This document shows positions 10,919-24,000 of a DNA stretch of 64,000 nt, in pieces. Source of the stretch: Basidiobolus meristosporus CBS 931.73 (taxonomy: Eukaryota > Fungi > Basidiobolomycota). The translations under genes and the position numbers were made by a program. Numbering within the stretch: position 1 is the first letter of the stretch; each line of letters starts with the position of its first letter. Location: the NCBI GenBank assembly GCA_002104905.1, contig MCFE01000349.1:1-64000 (forward strand). Direction: 5' to 3'. Under the pieces are notes generated by a model, which did no database searches, was not told the origin of the DNA, and saw nothing but the letters and a program-made list of their open reading frames with translations.

Positions 10919-13900
10919 ATGTTGGAGAATCAAGAATGGAAGAATGCCATGCAGCAAATCCTGGCCCAACAGCAACAGTTACTCCAGATCCTCAGCCAAC
11001 AGCAACAAGGAATGACTACCATGGCTCAGAGCCAGCAAAGCCCTGTCAAGAGCAACTTTAGTGTGAAGGTCAACCGGTACCATGGCAGAGTCAATGAAAA
11101 CCTGGGAACTTGGCTCTTTCAGATTGAAGAAGCTTTTAAAGCTAATGGATTTGCTCCAGAGAGCAAGTTGCATTATGCAGCTTCTTACCTGGCAGATGCA
11201 GCTTTACAGTGGTACCACAACAAGACCAGGTCAGCTACTATGATGGGATGCTCTACAATCTCTACCTGGGATGAGTTTGTGTCGGAAATTCAGGATGCTT
11301 TTGAACCTCCACACCAACAGACACTACTAAGAAGGAAGTTAAAGACACTCAGACAGAAAGGAATGGTGCAAGAATACATCTATGAGTACAGATGTCTACT
11401 TGGACAAATTGAAAGAATGGACCCCTTGGATCAAGTTGAATACTTTATTGATGGGTTGAAAGAAAGAACTCGCAAGGAAGTCAATTACCGAAGACCTCAG
11501 ACTATTGAAGAAGCCATCAAGATTGCCATTGACTATGACTCAGCTATGTTTGGAGTTGGGAAGCCTACAGTGACTAATCAGAAAGGCTATAATCATTATG
11601 AAAGAAGACAATCAGAAGCAGTACCAATGGAAATAGATGCTATGCAGAAGAATCCCTCCTCAGAAGAATGCAAGAAGAGAGGACTTTACTTCAATTGCCA
11701 CCAGCAGGGACATATTGCAAAGTACTGCCCTCAGAGAAGAAATGGGCACCAGCCAACAAGAACCTTCAACCATATTGAGTCCCATGAACACAGTAATGTG
11801 GAAGATGAGCTTGAAGAAGACTTGGAACTCACCTTCCATATGACAGAAGAGTACTTGTCCCAAATGACTTCAAACTCAGGGAAGTTATTGTACTTGAATG
11901 GAGTAATCAATAGAGTACCTGCCAAGATCATGATTGACTCAGGAGTATTGCATGAGTACATGTCAGAGCAATTTGCTTTGAAAGCTGGAATCAACTCGGA
12001 ACCTACCAAATCAACTTCAGTCTCCACAGCTGATGGGAACTCCCACATAATCAACCGTATTACCCAGCCAGTAAGAATGAAGATCAATGACTATGAAGAA
12101 GACCTACAGGCTTATATATTTGGGAACTGCAAGTTTGACCTTGTACTTGGGAAAACCTGGCTATTTTGTTGTAATCCATCAATCAACTGGAGAACACATG
12201 CTACTCAGATCCAAAAAGACAACAAGACCTATGAGCTATTACTTGCCAGGCTGGATTTCAACTTGGTCAATTCCAGTATGTGTGAGACAAGTGAACTTAG
12301 CAAGACCCAGTTCTGTAGAGCACTTAGAAAAGGTACCCAGATGTTCCTCATGGCAGTATTACAGGAGGATTCCTCTACCCCAGCACCCCAGCAGGTCCAG
12401 ACTCTCTTGAAGAAATATTCAGACGTGTTTCCAGATGAGCTTGTAAGCCTACCACCAGTCAGAGACGTGGATCATGCCATTGACACAGGAGATAGCCCTC
12501 TAGTGAGCAAGACACCTTACAGAATGAGTCCATTGGAATTGGAGGAAATGAAGAGACAAATTGATCAGCTATTGGAGCAAGGATACATCAGGCCCAGCAA
12601 GTCACCCTGGGGAGCACCAGTGCTTTTTGTGAAAAAGAAGGATGGAACACTTAGGATGTGTATTGACTACAGAGCCCTGAACTCAGTTACCGTCAAGAAT
12701 AAGTACCCCATACCTCGGATTGATGAGCTTTTGGACCAACTTAATGGAGCCACTATTTTCAGTAAGATTGACCTCATGTCAGGATACAACCAAATTAGGG
12801 TGAAACCAGAAGATATTCCTAAGACAGCATTTAGGACCAGATATGGACATTACAAGTACTTAGTCATGAGTTTTGGCCTCACTAATGCCCCTGCAACATT
12901 CATGACGCTGATGCAGACTGTCTTTCAGGAGTACTTAGACAAGTTTGTGACAATCTACCTGGATGACATATTGATATACAGCAAGACAGAAGAGGATCAC
13001 GTTGTGGTGGTGTATAGGTCCAAGGGAGAGATACGTCCAACACTTCTCAAGTGTTTTGTGTGTGGGGTGTTCACTGGGTGTGGTAACCTCTGGCAAAAGC
13101 TTGCTAGGAATACTTGGGTTCTGTCTCTAATCTAATGTGAAGGGGAATAAAGCCACAAGCTTGTCAAGGGAGAACTATTGAGCTACAATCCCCAACTTAG
13201 TTGGCGTCTTAACAAAAGTATGTGCTGGGTTCAGCATCCTTTGAGATGACAATGTACTAAAGCTTCCAAAGTCAAAACAACTGTAAACTCCACCAGCAGG
13301 GACTTGATAAGAATGCAGCTGTGGTCAATAGTTACAAAGACAGAAAAGCATCTTTGCCTGTACAAGAACAAACTTGGGAAAGAATCAAATATAATAAAAG
13401 ATACCTACTCTGAGTATTCCTCACAAGTAGTGCCTCCAAGGTCAGTTGGCTGTCAGCGCGGTTTCCTGGGAGTGTCCTGTGGTCTGGGGTTGGAAGTTCA
13501 GGTAGCAGCAGGTAGCAGTGATCACACTAATCAACAAGTCGGTGTATTGATAAAAGGGATGATGATTTATTGTAGAGGGATAGCCTCCCTTATATACTTT
13601 TCTCACTGGCTAAGTGATTACTAATCATGGTGTTCCAGAAGGTTCTGGAGATCAATAGAAATCTTAATGACATCAGAATGACCTAAGAATGTTCCAAGTA
13701 GGTGCCGGAAGGTTCTAAGAGGCACAGCACATCCAACCAATCAGGAATCAGTATTCTGAAACCTGTGTAACATGGGGATACCATATATGGTATGGAAATG
13801 GTAGGGATGGTGACACGGCCAATCATGTGTCACGGGTACTGGCGCGGGTACTTGCCTAATATAGATGTACTTATTGCTAGTAATCTTACATAAAGTGAGG

Positions 13901-16126
13901 GGTAACTTATGCAATAAGGTAAGCAGGTGTGATAGTCAACCAGCTTATGGGATAGTACTGATTGGGTAAGACAAATGGGATAAAACTAAAATAAGTGTAG
14001 TAGAGATATAGGGAAGTAGAAAATAAGGGAATGAGCACATCTGTCAGTGGGTGTCACTGTCACCCCACTACAACGTAGTGCACATTGAAAAGGTCTTGAA
14101 GAAACTAAGAGAGAACAAGCTATATGGCAAGATAGCCAAGTGTGAATTCTTCAAGGAACACGTTGAATACCTGGGACACATAGCGACTAGCACAGGAGTG
14201 ACCTTAGACCCTAAGAAGGTTGAAGTTATCAAGAATTTGAAGCAGCCCCATAGCATATCAGAACTCAGATCCTTCCTTGGAATGGTTTCCTATTATTGGA
14301 GATTTGTCAAGTCATTTGCAAGTATTGCAGCCCCTTTGACTGATATCCTCAAGAAAGACAATACCTACAAGTGGGACATAGCTTGTGAGACTGCCTTCCA
14401 GACGCTCAAGAATGAACTTGCTAAGCTGCCAAGCCTAAGAATACCAGACTTCAGAAAAGAGTTCACTCTGTGCACAGATGCTTCAGATTATGCAATTGGT
14501 GGAGTGCTGAGCCAAGAACACAAGGGAAAGGACTACCCTGTTGCCTTTGAATCCAAGAAACTGAACTCAGCAGAACAAAACTATCCAGTTCATGAGAAGG
14601 AGATGCTTGCTATAATACACTGTTTGAAGACATGGAGATGCTATATTGAAGGAGTCAAATGCACTGTGAAGACTGATCATGCCTCCCTCAAGTATATATT
14701 TACTCAGAAGGTACTCTCTAGAAGAATGACAAGATGGAGTGAATACATTCAGCAATTTGATCTGGAGATTGTCTACTGTCCTGGAAAAAACAACACGGTA
14801 GCTGATGCCTTATCAGGATTAGATCAAGTTGCACAACTCAACTTGGTGCATGAATCAGATTTGCCTAGCCTATTACCAAAGTACTTGGAGGACCAAGCCA
14901 TTCCTAATGAGGTGGATGAAGATATCAAGAAGATAATCCGTGATGAAGCCTGCAAATTTGTTGTACAGAATGAAACACTCTACCAAATTGTTGATGAAAG
15001 CCCTATTGCCTATTGTCCTTATGTTGCTCACCTGAATTTAATACATAAGCTACACAATGGATATGGACATCTTGGGATTGAAGGAACCTATAGCCTTGTG
15101 AAAGCCAGAGCATGGTGGCCCAGAATGAAACAAGACATTGAGAAGCTAGTAAAAACATGCCCAAACTGCCAAATCAATCAAGGCCTGCCACAAAGAATTG
15201 CTGAACTCCTCCCTTTGGAGCCTGTAAGACCATTTGAGAGATGGGGAATTGACTTTATTGGAAGACTACCAACTACCAGGAAATGCAACCGTTGGATCCT
15301 AGTAGCTATTGACCATGCCACTAAATGGCCAGTTGCTAAAGCTGTACCAATAGCCAGTGAACAAGAAGTTGCAAGTTTCATTTACCATGAGATCCTGATG
15401 AAGTTTGGATGCCCTGTGGAGATCTTATCCAATAGAGGTGCAAACTTTATGGCAAAGACATTAGAGGCTTACCTGGAAATGCAGCAGATCAGACACTTGA
15501 AAACCTCGGCATATCACCCCAGAACTAATAGAGTCACTGAGCGGTTTAATGGATTATTTGGAAAAATGCTGACCAAGTATGCAAATGGAGTTGTCAGTAG
15601 ATGGGATGAGTATATAGACCAAGCACTCTTTGCATGCAGAGTCAGAGTATACAACACCACCCAGCAATCACCATTTTACTTAGTTTATGGATGTGAACCA
15701 AGGATTCCAGGAGATCTCACACAACCAAAGCTTACAGACACCTTAGAAGATGAACTCAGTCAGCCAAGTAGACACCAGCAACTGGAACAAAGACGTCAAG
15801 AGGCACAGACCAAAGTATCTCAAAGTGCAGAAAAGATGAAGCAGAGATTTGATAAGACTATAGCACCAGAAGCATTGACAGTTGGGAACTTTGTATTGCT
15901 AAGAAACAACACTTGGAAGAAGTTTGAGCCACAATGGACAGGACCATTCAAGATCATCAGAGAATGTCCATTTGCAACTTACCAATTGGTGGACAAACAA
16001 GGCAATATCTGGGAAGACTTAGTGCATAGGGACAGACTCAAGTGTGCAAGACTTGCTGATAATACTGAACCATCAAGATATTGGTATCACAAGAAAAGAG
16101 ATTCAGGAGAACCCTCTCAACTTTAG
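10919..16126 (+). pseudogene. Gypsy gag-pol (single 1377-aa ORF once 13003-14076 is removed); no chromodomain
   Basis: Gag (YHGR..ENLGTWL, VPMEID), protease [14 protein letters not shown], RNase H TDASDYAIG, integrase HHCC plus IDFIG and TERFN, and WTGPF. Removing the LTR and one TSD copy restores ...EEDHVVHIEK in frame. The zinc-knuckle first Cys is Tyr and the second integrase Asp is Asn. Confidence 0.93.
13003..14072 (+). mobile_element. Solo LTR, family C (C1, 1070 bp), inserted in the Gypsy RT
   Basis: Termini TGTGGTGG...CCACTACA (imperfect inverted repeat). 4-bp TSD ACGT at 12999-13002 and 14073-14076. Orientation inferred only from a putative PBS next to the 20801 copy. Confidence 0.92.
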
Positions 16127-16136
16127 TAGGGGAGAA

Positions 16137-16505
16137 TGTTATGATCTGCCGCTTGAATGTTTAAGTTAGATCAGTTTTTTAGTCAAATCAATTAGTATAT
16201 GTTTAGGTCATCAGTATATCAGTATTATCTATGAAATCAGTAGCATTGGTCAGCAAATGAATCAGCAGATCCTTATCAGACAGAAATAGATATACTAAGT
16301 AGGATCTTATTGGGTGATGATGATGCAATCAAATGAGTCATCAGCCACAACCTACATTAGGAAATACAATTAGTCAGCAATTGATCTGGCAAAATGTATA
16401 TAAGGAGCTGCTGGAACCTCAATAAAAATCAGTTCAAGTTTTAGTGAATACAATATTAGCTAAACTCCCTATTCCTCTACAACTCTTATACCAAGACTTG
16501 TAACA
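16137..16505 (+). repeat. Gypsy 3' LTR (369 bp)
   Basis: Follows the PPT; direct repeat of 10494-10860. Confidence 0.97.
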
Positions 16506-19454
16506 CACTGACCTTTAAAGAAGTACTCTATGTAGCAGAAGTAGCTAAAAACCTACTCTCTGTAAGAAAGACTGAAGCAGAAGGACTCAGTTCCAGCTTT
16601 GACAGTTCTGGATGCAGGATCACTGATCAAAGTTGTACTCATATTGCATTGGGTATTAGAGATCAGAATCTGTATAATTTAACTTGTCTTCAATCTTATC
16701 TGGAAGCCAATATAGGTGACTAAAATGAAAAAGCACCAATGCTTTGGTATAGGAGATTCAGACATATGAATTTTAATTATTTGCGCAAATTGATCTCAGA
16801 TCAGCTAGTTTCCAGATTCAAAGTTGATCCCCCTGCTAATTTGGAGCACTGTGAGGCCTGCATATATAGGAAACAAGTCAGACAACTGTTCAATAGCTCT
16901 GGGTTAATCAAAACTAAGAAAAAAATTAGATTGTATTCACTCATACCTGTGTGGACCTACACAAAATTTATCCATAGGCAGGATGAGGTATTTAATCACA
17001 TTTATTGATGATTATACTAGATACATATGGATCAACTTCATGGAGAGAAAGGAAGAAGCTCTGTCTAAGCTCAGAGAGTTTAAAGCAACGGTGTATAGAG
17101 CAACTGGCGGAAAAATTATGATAATACGCACTGACAAAGGTGCCAAATATACCTCAAAACTTTTCATCCACTTCTGCAAAATTCATTGGATAAAGCAAAA
17201 GACTCCTGTAACATATTCTCCACAGCAGAATGGAGTAGTAGAGCATGTAAACAGATCGATAATCAATATGGTAAGATCTGTGATCCACAATCAAAAATTA
17301 TCCTATGATTTTTGGGCGGAATCTGTTGCCATAGCTGTCTACCTTAAAAATAGGTGTTACCACAGAATACTTTGTGATTCTTCTTCATTTAAAGCATGGT
17401 ATGGGTACTGACCAAGTGCAGAACATCTAAGAATATTTGGGTGTACAGCATATGCCAAGAAACCACCTGGAAATCAGTCAGGATTTGAGCCACAAAATAT
17501 AAAATCCTCATTTTTGAGCTACTGCACTGAGAGTAAAGCATACAGCCTCTACAAGGCCAAAGCAAAGAAGCTGATTAAGTCCAGGAATGTTTGATTAGAA
17601 AAAAACTGATAATATTCATATAATGACATCCAATGATGAATAAATTTGATCCCAAGTCCACTAACAATCAGGATTGAATCAGAGCAAAACAATGAGTATT
17701 TTTGCATTCCAGAGAACTCTAAAGCCATGGTTTAGCCAGACTCAGTGCCCAGAAATATCCCAGAAGTGATCATTCCTGTATCAAATGCCAGGTATTCCAG
17801 CCAGACAAGAAATAGCCCAAATTACTATATCAACAAGGGCTCAAACTTAGCCTTATCAATTTGGTCCATATTGATAAGCCCCAGACTGTAAAGAGGCCCT
17901 AAATAGCCCTCAGACAAAGTTTTGGAGATCTGCAATGACTGAGGAATATCAAGCCCTGATAGAAAATCAAACTTGGGACTTAGTCAAATTAGCAGGCAAC
18001 CAAAAATCAATTGGATGCAGATGGGTCTTTAAGAAAAGATATGAGGCTAATTGTACAATTGAAAGACACAAAGCAAGACTTGTGTCCAAACAATAGTCTC
18101 AAACCAATGGATTTGACTACACAGAGACCTTTGCATCTGTAGCCAAGTTTAATTCTGTCAGATTAATATTGGCTATTACAACCAAGTACAAGTCTTTTAT
18201 ACATCAAATGGACATGAAAGCTGCATTTTTGAATGGCAAACCTTATGAGGATGTGCCTAAGGACTAGCCTGATGGACTTGTTGACCAAAATAACCCCTAT
18301 TTGGTCTGCAAGCTTAAAAAATTTCTATATGGTCTCAAACAATCACTGAGAGCCTTGAATTGCAAGATAGATTCTTATTTGCAGTCTTTGAGTTTCAACA
18401 GGAGCAATGCTAACTATAGTAAATACTGTAAGCCAGATAGAGCAAGTCAGCTCTATTAGCACTATATGTGGATGATATTGTTATAGATACCAATAGCCTA
18501 GAAGAACTGGATAAGACTAAATCCAGTCTGTTTAAAGAGTTCAATATGTCCAACCTAGGAGAACTCAGTTACTACTTAGGGATAAAGTTCTTCATAGACA
18601 GAAGTACCCAGACTATTGCCCTAAGCCAATCCAAGTATATTCATGATTTACTAAAGCAGTATCAAATGGAAGACTGTAAACCAGCATCTACCTCAATGGA
18701 GACAAACCTTAACTTGGTCAAAACTCAAACAAATCAAGAGAGCTTGGTGCCATCTGAAATCCCTGACTTTTCTTATCAATCTATGGTCATCAATTGGATG
18801 TATATCATGCTTGGAACACCTCCAGATATCTCATATTCAATAGAAGCTGCCAGCCAGCACAATCCGAAATATTGATCTGATTATATTGAAGCAGTTGTGC
18901 AGATATTTAGATAGCTGAAAGGAACTGCTGATGTCTGCTTAGGATACACTTATAATGACTCAGAGCAGGATTTTGTGGGATGCCCTGATGCTGATTGAGG
19001 ACAAGATTTAGAAGAAAGAGGATCCACCACAGGATACACCTTTCTTTACTGTCAAGGAGCAATTTCATGGAATTCAAGAAAGCAACCCACCATAACACTT
19101 TCCACCACAGAGGCAGAGTACATGGCAGCCTGTGAAGCTACAAAAGAAGCAATGTGGGTAAGAAAGCTTTTTACAGATTTTGGCCTGTGTCAAACAACTC
19201 CTGTACTTTATTTGAGGATAATCAAGGATGTATACTATTAGGTAGAAATCCAACTTTTTATGCTAGAACCAAGCACATAGATATTAGACATCATTTCAAA
19301 CATGAAACTATAGAGAATAGCATAGTTAGCTTAGTTTACTGTCCCTCAGATGAAATAATTGCAGACATATTTACCAAACCATTAGCTAGAGTCAAGTGTG
19401 AATATCTTGGGTCAAAATTGGACTAGTCAGTACCAACATTTGGCTGAGTGGGAA

Positions 19455-19803
19455 TATTGTAAAAAATTTGTAATTCAACTTGAATATTCACTTAACTTAG
19501 TCACTTCAATCATTACCTTCATAATCTAGAGAATACTGACCAAATTCCTTGTTGGCATTTACTTGGAATATTCTCACCAAAATACCAGGTACCCACAGCA
19601 TGAAAATTCACAAAGTTGACAAACAGCCCCAATTTTTGCACACATGTTCTTGGGACCTTCCTAAGCTGATTCTACATGCATGCTATGCCAAGACCATGTA
19701 AAAGTACAAATACTACTTTTACACTCAATAAATCATCAAGTGAAACCCACATATTCTACTTGTCCTTCCAATCACTTCAAATATCTCCAAGACTCTTACA
19801 ACA
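19455..19803 (+). repeat. 3' LTR of Copia B1 (349 bp)
   Basis: Follows GAGTGGGAA. Reads TATTGTAAA...CTCTTACAACA. Same family as 25771-26119 and 26126-26475. Confidence 0.9.
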
Positions 19804-19849
19804 GTTTCTCTGCTGTAACAGCAGGGAATGTATCAATTCTTGGCTGTGA

Positions 19850-21088
19850 CATTGAGCTACTTGAGTTCCTTCTTTGCAGCAAAGATGCTGCTTTCTCTAC
19901 CTGCAATGTGTATCCACAGCAATTTTTTCCACAGGTGTTGTCTCATTGCATATTGGGATTTTGCCAGACTCATGCAGGGTACTGTTGTTAGGGGAGATAG
20001 GCTCACAATTCATCAGTGAGCCTGCTTCTTCAGAGCTATCACTCTGCATGCCATATTCAGAAGGCTAGGTGAGCCTAAAGGCATCACAAACTCACCTAAC
20101 CCAGTTTGTGCAAGGTGACTTGTATTGGCAGGTGCCATTATAGAAGTATCAAGTGGCTGGCAAGATATCAATGGTATAGTAGTGACTGATAAATGGTCAA
20201 ATATGACTTGTGTGGCAAAACACTGGCCATGATCCTTGTAATACTTTCTATGCTGTCTGCATGCTTCACAGCAAAGAGGTTTGCTATAATAGCCACATGG
20301 TCTTTTGTCTCTTCTCTTACAGCATTGAATCAAAGTAGTATTGTCTGTGGGGCAGACAGCTTGACCTTCAGCAATGTAACACTATAATATCACTTTTGGT
20401 CCATACTGATATGAATTTAAGACAGTCTTGTATTTGAGACATTGCACCTACATGAATATAAAATTCAATGATGACCCACCATAGTAAGAATTATAAATAA
20501 AGTTGTGGCTCTACATACTTATGTATATGTAACACTACATCCCCTTTGGTTTGACTTACTTCCATATATATGCCACCAAAGAATAAAGCAGAGTTGTTTA
20601 GTCCTCAACCAAACCCTACTGCTGACAGCAGCTGAAGAATTGTTGGACCACAGCTTGCTTTGACACTCAGTGCAACAAGTGGGGCTACATCTAAAAAAAG
20701 CCATGTTAAAACTGTGCCCACCAAAGATAATAATGTAGACTCCTCTGGCTCATAGGCAAGTAGGCAATTGAGAACCTCTGCAGAGCCACAATCTGACCAT
20801 TGTAGTGGACTACAGTGACACCCACTGACATAATTGCTCATTTGCATATTTTCTACTTCCCTATTTCTTTACTACACTTATTTTAGTTTTATTACATTTG
20901 TATTACTTGATCAATACTATCCCATAAGCCGGCTGACTATCACACCTGCTTACCTTATTGCATAGGTTATCCCTCATTTTATGTAAGATTACTAGCTGTA
21001 AGTGCTTCTATATTAGGTAAGTACCTGTGCTAGCACTCATGACACATGGTCCACCCATGTCACCATCCCTACCTTTTCTATACCATAT
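19850..21088 (-). mobile_element. Fragment of a family-C element: partial LTR (20801-21088) plus adjoining internal region
   Basis: 20801-21088 is the reverse complement of the last roughly 290 bp of C1. On the minus strand it is followed by A-TGGTCAGATTG (PBS-like) and sequence homologous to 6640-7000. Confidence 0.7.
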
Positions 21089-24000
21089 ATGAAGGTGAAG
21101 ATGAGGATGCTGCTACAAGAAAGAGGCCTTTGGGATATTGTCATGGGAGAAGAATGCCCTCCTAAAAGCGTGGGAGAGGAAGCCTTAAAGTACCAGAAGA
21201 AAGAACAGAGTGCCTTTAACTGCATTTGCCTTAATGTTAAAGACAAATTGCTCATTCAATGCTCAAGAGCAAAAACAGCAAAGAATGCCTGGAAGGCATT
21301 ATAAGACACCTACCAGTCATGTTCAGCTGCTAAGAAAATATATCTGAGACAAAAATTCTTTACTACAAAGATGCAGCCAGGAGAAGAAATGAAAAATCTA
21401 ATTAACAGAATTACCCTGCTGGTAGATGAGATGGAATCAGTGGGCACACCAGCTACTGATCAGGAGGTGATAGTTACCATCCTGAATAGCCTGACAGACA
21501 AGTCTCAGGGCCTTGTATCAGCCCTAGAGTCCAAACTGAAGATTTGACCTTATAATACGTATATGGAAGGCTCCTGGATGAAGAATAAGAAAATCAAGTG
21601 CCAATAAGAAGGAAAAAAAATGCTTTAATAAGCAATGATAACCAACACAGAAGGTACCCAAGACCCTATAAAGGCAACAGCAACCTGTTTTGTAACTACT
21701 GCAAAAGGAAAGGACACATATCAGACCAGTGTCTCATACAAAAGATAATCAGCAAAAGAAGCCTGAATATGGAAATGCTGCAACAACTGAAGACTATTCA
21801 TATCTGCACTAAATATGACCACAAACAAGGATTCTCAGACGTGGTATATTGACTCTGGAGCTTCTCAACACTTTACACACCAAAAAGAACTTTTTACCCC
21901 ATATCAACAAATTCCAATTAGGAAGGTTCTCATGGGTGACAATAGAACACTTGATGCAGTGGGAGAAGGAACTATCCAAGTAAACCTTAGAAGCAGTGAA
22001 GGAGGCCATACACTGACCTTTAAAGAAGTCTCTATGTACCAGAAATAGCCAAGAACCTACTCTCTGTAAGCAAGGCCATAGCAGAAGGACTCAGTTTCAG
22101 TTTTGACAATTCTGGATGCAGGATCACTGATCAAAATGGTGCCCATATTGCTTTGGGCATCAGAGATCAGAATCTATACAAGTTGACTTATATTCCATCA
22201 TATTTGGAAGCCAATATAAGTAACTTAAATGAAGAAACACTAATGCTTTGGCACAGGAGATTTGGACACATCAATTTTGATTATTTGCAAAAAATGATCA
22301 AAGATCAGCTAATTCCTGGAGTGAAAATTGATCCCCCAGCTAATTTGGAGCACTGTGAAGCCTGCATATATGGGAAACAAGCCAGACAACTGTTCAAGAG
22401 CTCTGGGTTAATCAAAACTAAGAAAAAATTAGATCTAATTCACTCAGATCTGTGTGGATCTATGCAAAATTTATCCTTAGGTGGGATGAAGTATTTAATC
22501 GATTTTATTGATGATTATACAAGATACACATGAGTCTACTTCATGGAGAGAAAGGAAGAAGCTCTGTCTAAGCTCAGGGAGCTTAAAGCCATGGTGGAGA
22601 GAGAAACTGGTGAAAAAATCAAGAAAATACGCTCTGACAATGGTGGAGAATATAACTCAAAACTCTTCATCCACTTCTGCAAAATTCATGGGATAAAGCA
22701 AGAGACTACTGTACCATACTCCCCACAGCAAAATGGAGTAGCAGAACAAGCTAACAGATCAATAATTGAAATGGCAAGATCTATGATCCATGATCAAAAA
22801 TTATCCTATGATTTTTGGGCAGAATCAGTTGCCACTGCTGTATACCTTAAAAATAGGAGTTATAACAGAATACTTTGTGATTCTACTCCACTTGAAGCAT
22901 GGTATGGATACAGACCAAGTGCAGAACATCTAAGAATATTTGGGTGTACAGCATATGCCAAAAAACTGGCCGGAAATCAGTCAAAATTTGAGCCAAAAAG
23001 TTTGAAATGCATATGTTTGGGCTACTGCAATGAGAGTAAGGCATACAGACTCTACAATACCAAAGCAAAGAAGCTGATCAAGTCCAGGGATGTGTTGTTT
23101 GATGAAAATTCAAAATTTTCACAAAAAATGATATCAGATGATGACAAAAATTTGATATCAAGTCCACCATTATCAGGATTGAATCAGAGCAAAACAATGC
23201 AAATTTTTTCACTCCAGAGGACTCTACAACCGTGGTTCCGCCAGAATCAGTGCCCTGGAATATCCCAGAAGTAATCATTCCAGTATCAAATGCCCAGAGA
23301 TCTAATTGGACAAGAAATAGCCCAAATTACTATATTAATGAGGGTACAAACTTAGCCTATGCCTATTCAGTCCATATTGATGAACCCCAGACTGTAAAAG
23401 AGGCCCTAAATAGCCCTCAGACAAAGTTTTGGAGATCTGCAATGACTGAGGAATATCAGGCCCTGATGGAAAATCAAACTTGGGACTTAGTCAAATTACC
23501 AATCAACCAAAAATCAGTTGGATGCAGATGGGTCTTCAAGACAAAATACAAGGCTGATGGTACAATTGAAAGATACAAAGCAAGACTTGTAGCCAAAGGA
23601 TACTCTCAAACAAAAGTACTTGACTCTACTGAGACCTTTGCACAGGTAGCCAAGTTTAATTCCATTGGATTAATATTGGCTATTGCAGCCAAATATAAGT
23701 TTTTTATTCATCAAATGGATGTAAAACTGCATTCTTGAATGAAGAACTTGATGAGGACATGTATATGGAGCAGCCTGATGGGTTTGTTGACAAAGATAAC
23801 CCCCATTTGGTCTGCAAACTTAAAAAGTCACTATATGGTCTCAAACAATCACCAAGAGCCTGGAATTGCAAGATAGATTCTTATTTGGAATCTTTGAGTT
23901 TCAAAAGAAGTAATGCTGACTATTGTATATACTATAAGCCAGATAGAGCAAATCCAGTTCTATTAGCTCTATATGTGGATGATCTTATTATAGCCGCTGT

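Larger units (their letters stand above)
10494..16505 (+). mobile_element. Ty3/Gypsy LTR retrotransposon, full length, interrupted by a family-C solo LTR
   Basis: LTRs 10494-10860 and 16137-16505 (5 substitutions and 2 indels counted by eye). 4-bp TSD CACT at 10490-10493 and 16506-16509. PBS TGGTAGCAGC at 10862. PPT AGTAGGGGAGAA at 16125-16136. Confidence 0.97.
9280..19803 (+). mobile_element. Degenerate Copia family-B element B1, host of the Gypsy insertion
   Basis: Diverged partial 5' LTR ending CTCTTACAACA at 9460, PBS, gag remnants (9566-10300) and protease YIDSGAS (about 10320). Resumes at 16510 with integrase, RT (YVDD near 18465) and RNase H remnants. 3' LTR 19455-19803. Many stops. 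Confidence 0.85.

Noticed and set aside
13001-14078. C1 solo LTR spliced out as an intron to rescue Gypsy pol
   Set aside because: GT donors at 13001, 13004, 13007, 13010 and 13012 with the AG at 14077-14078 all remove lengths not divisible by 3. The integrase is also mutated.
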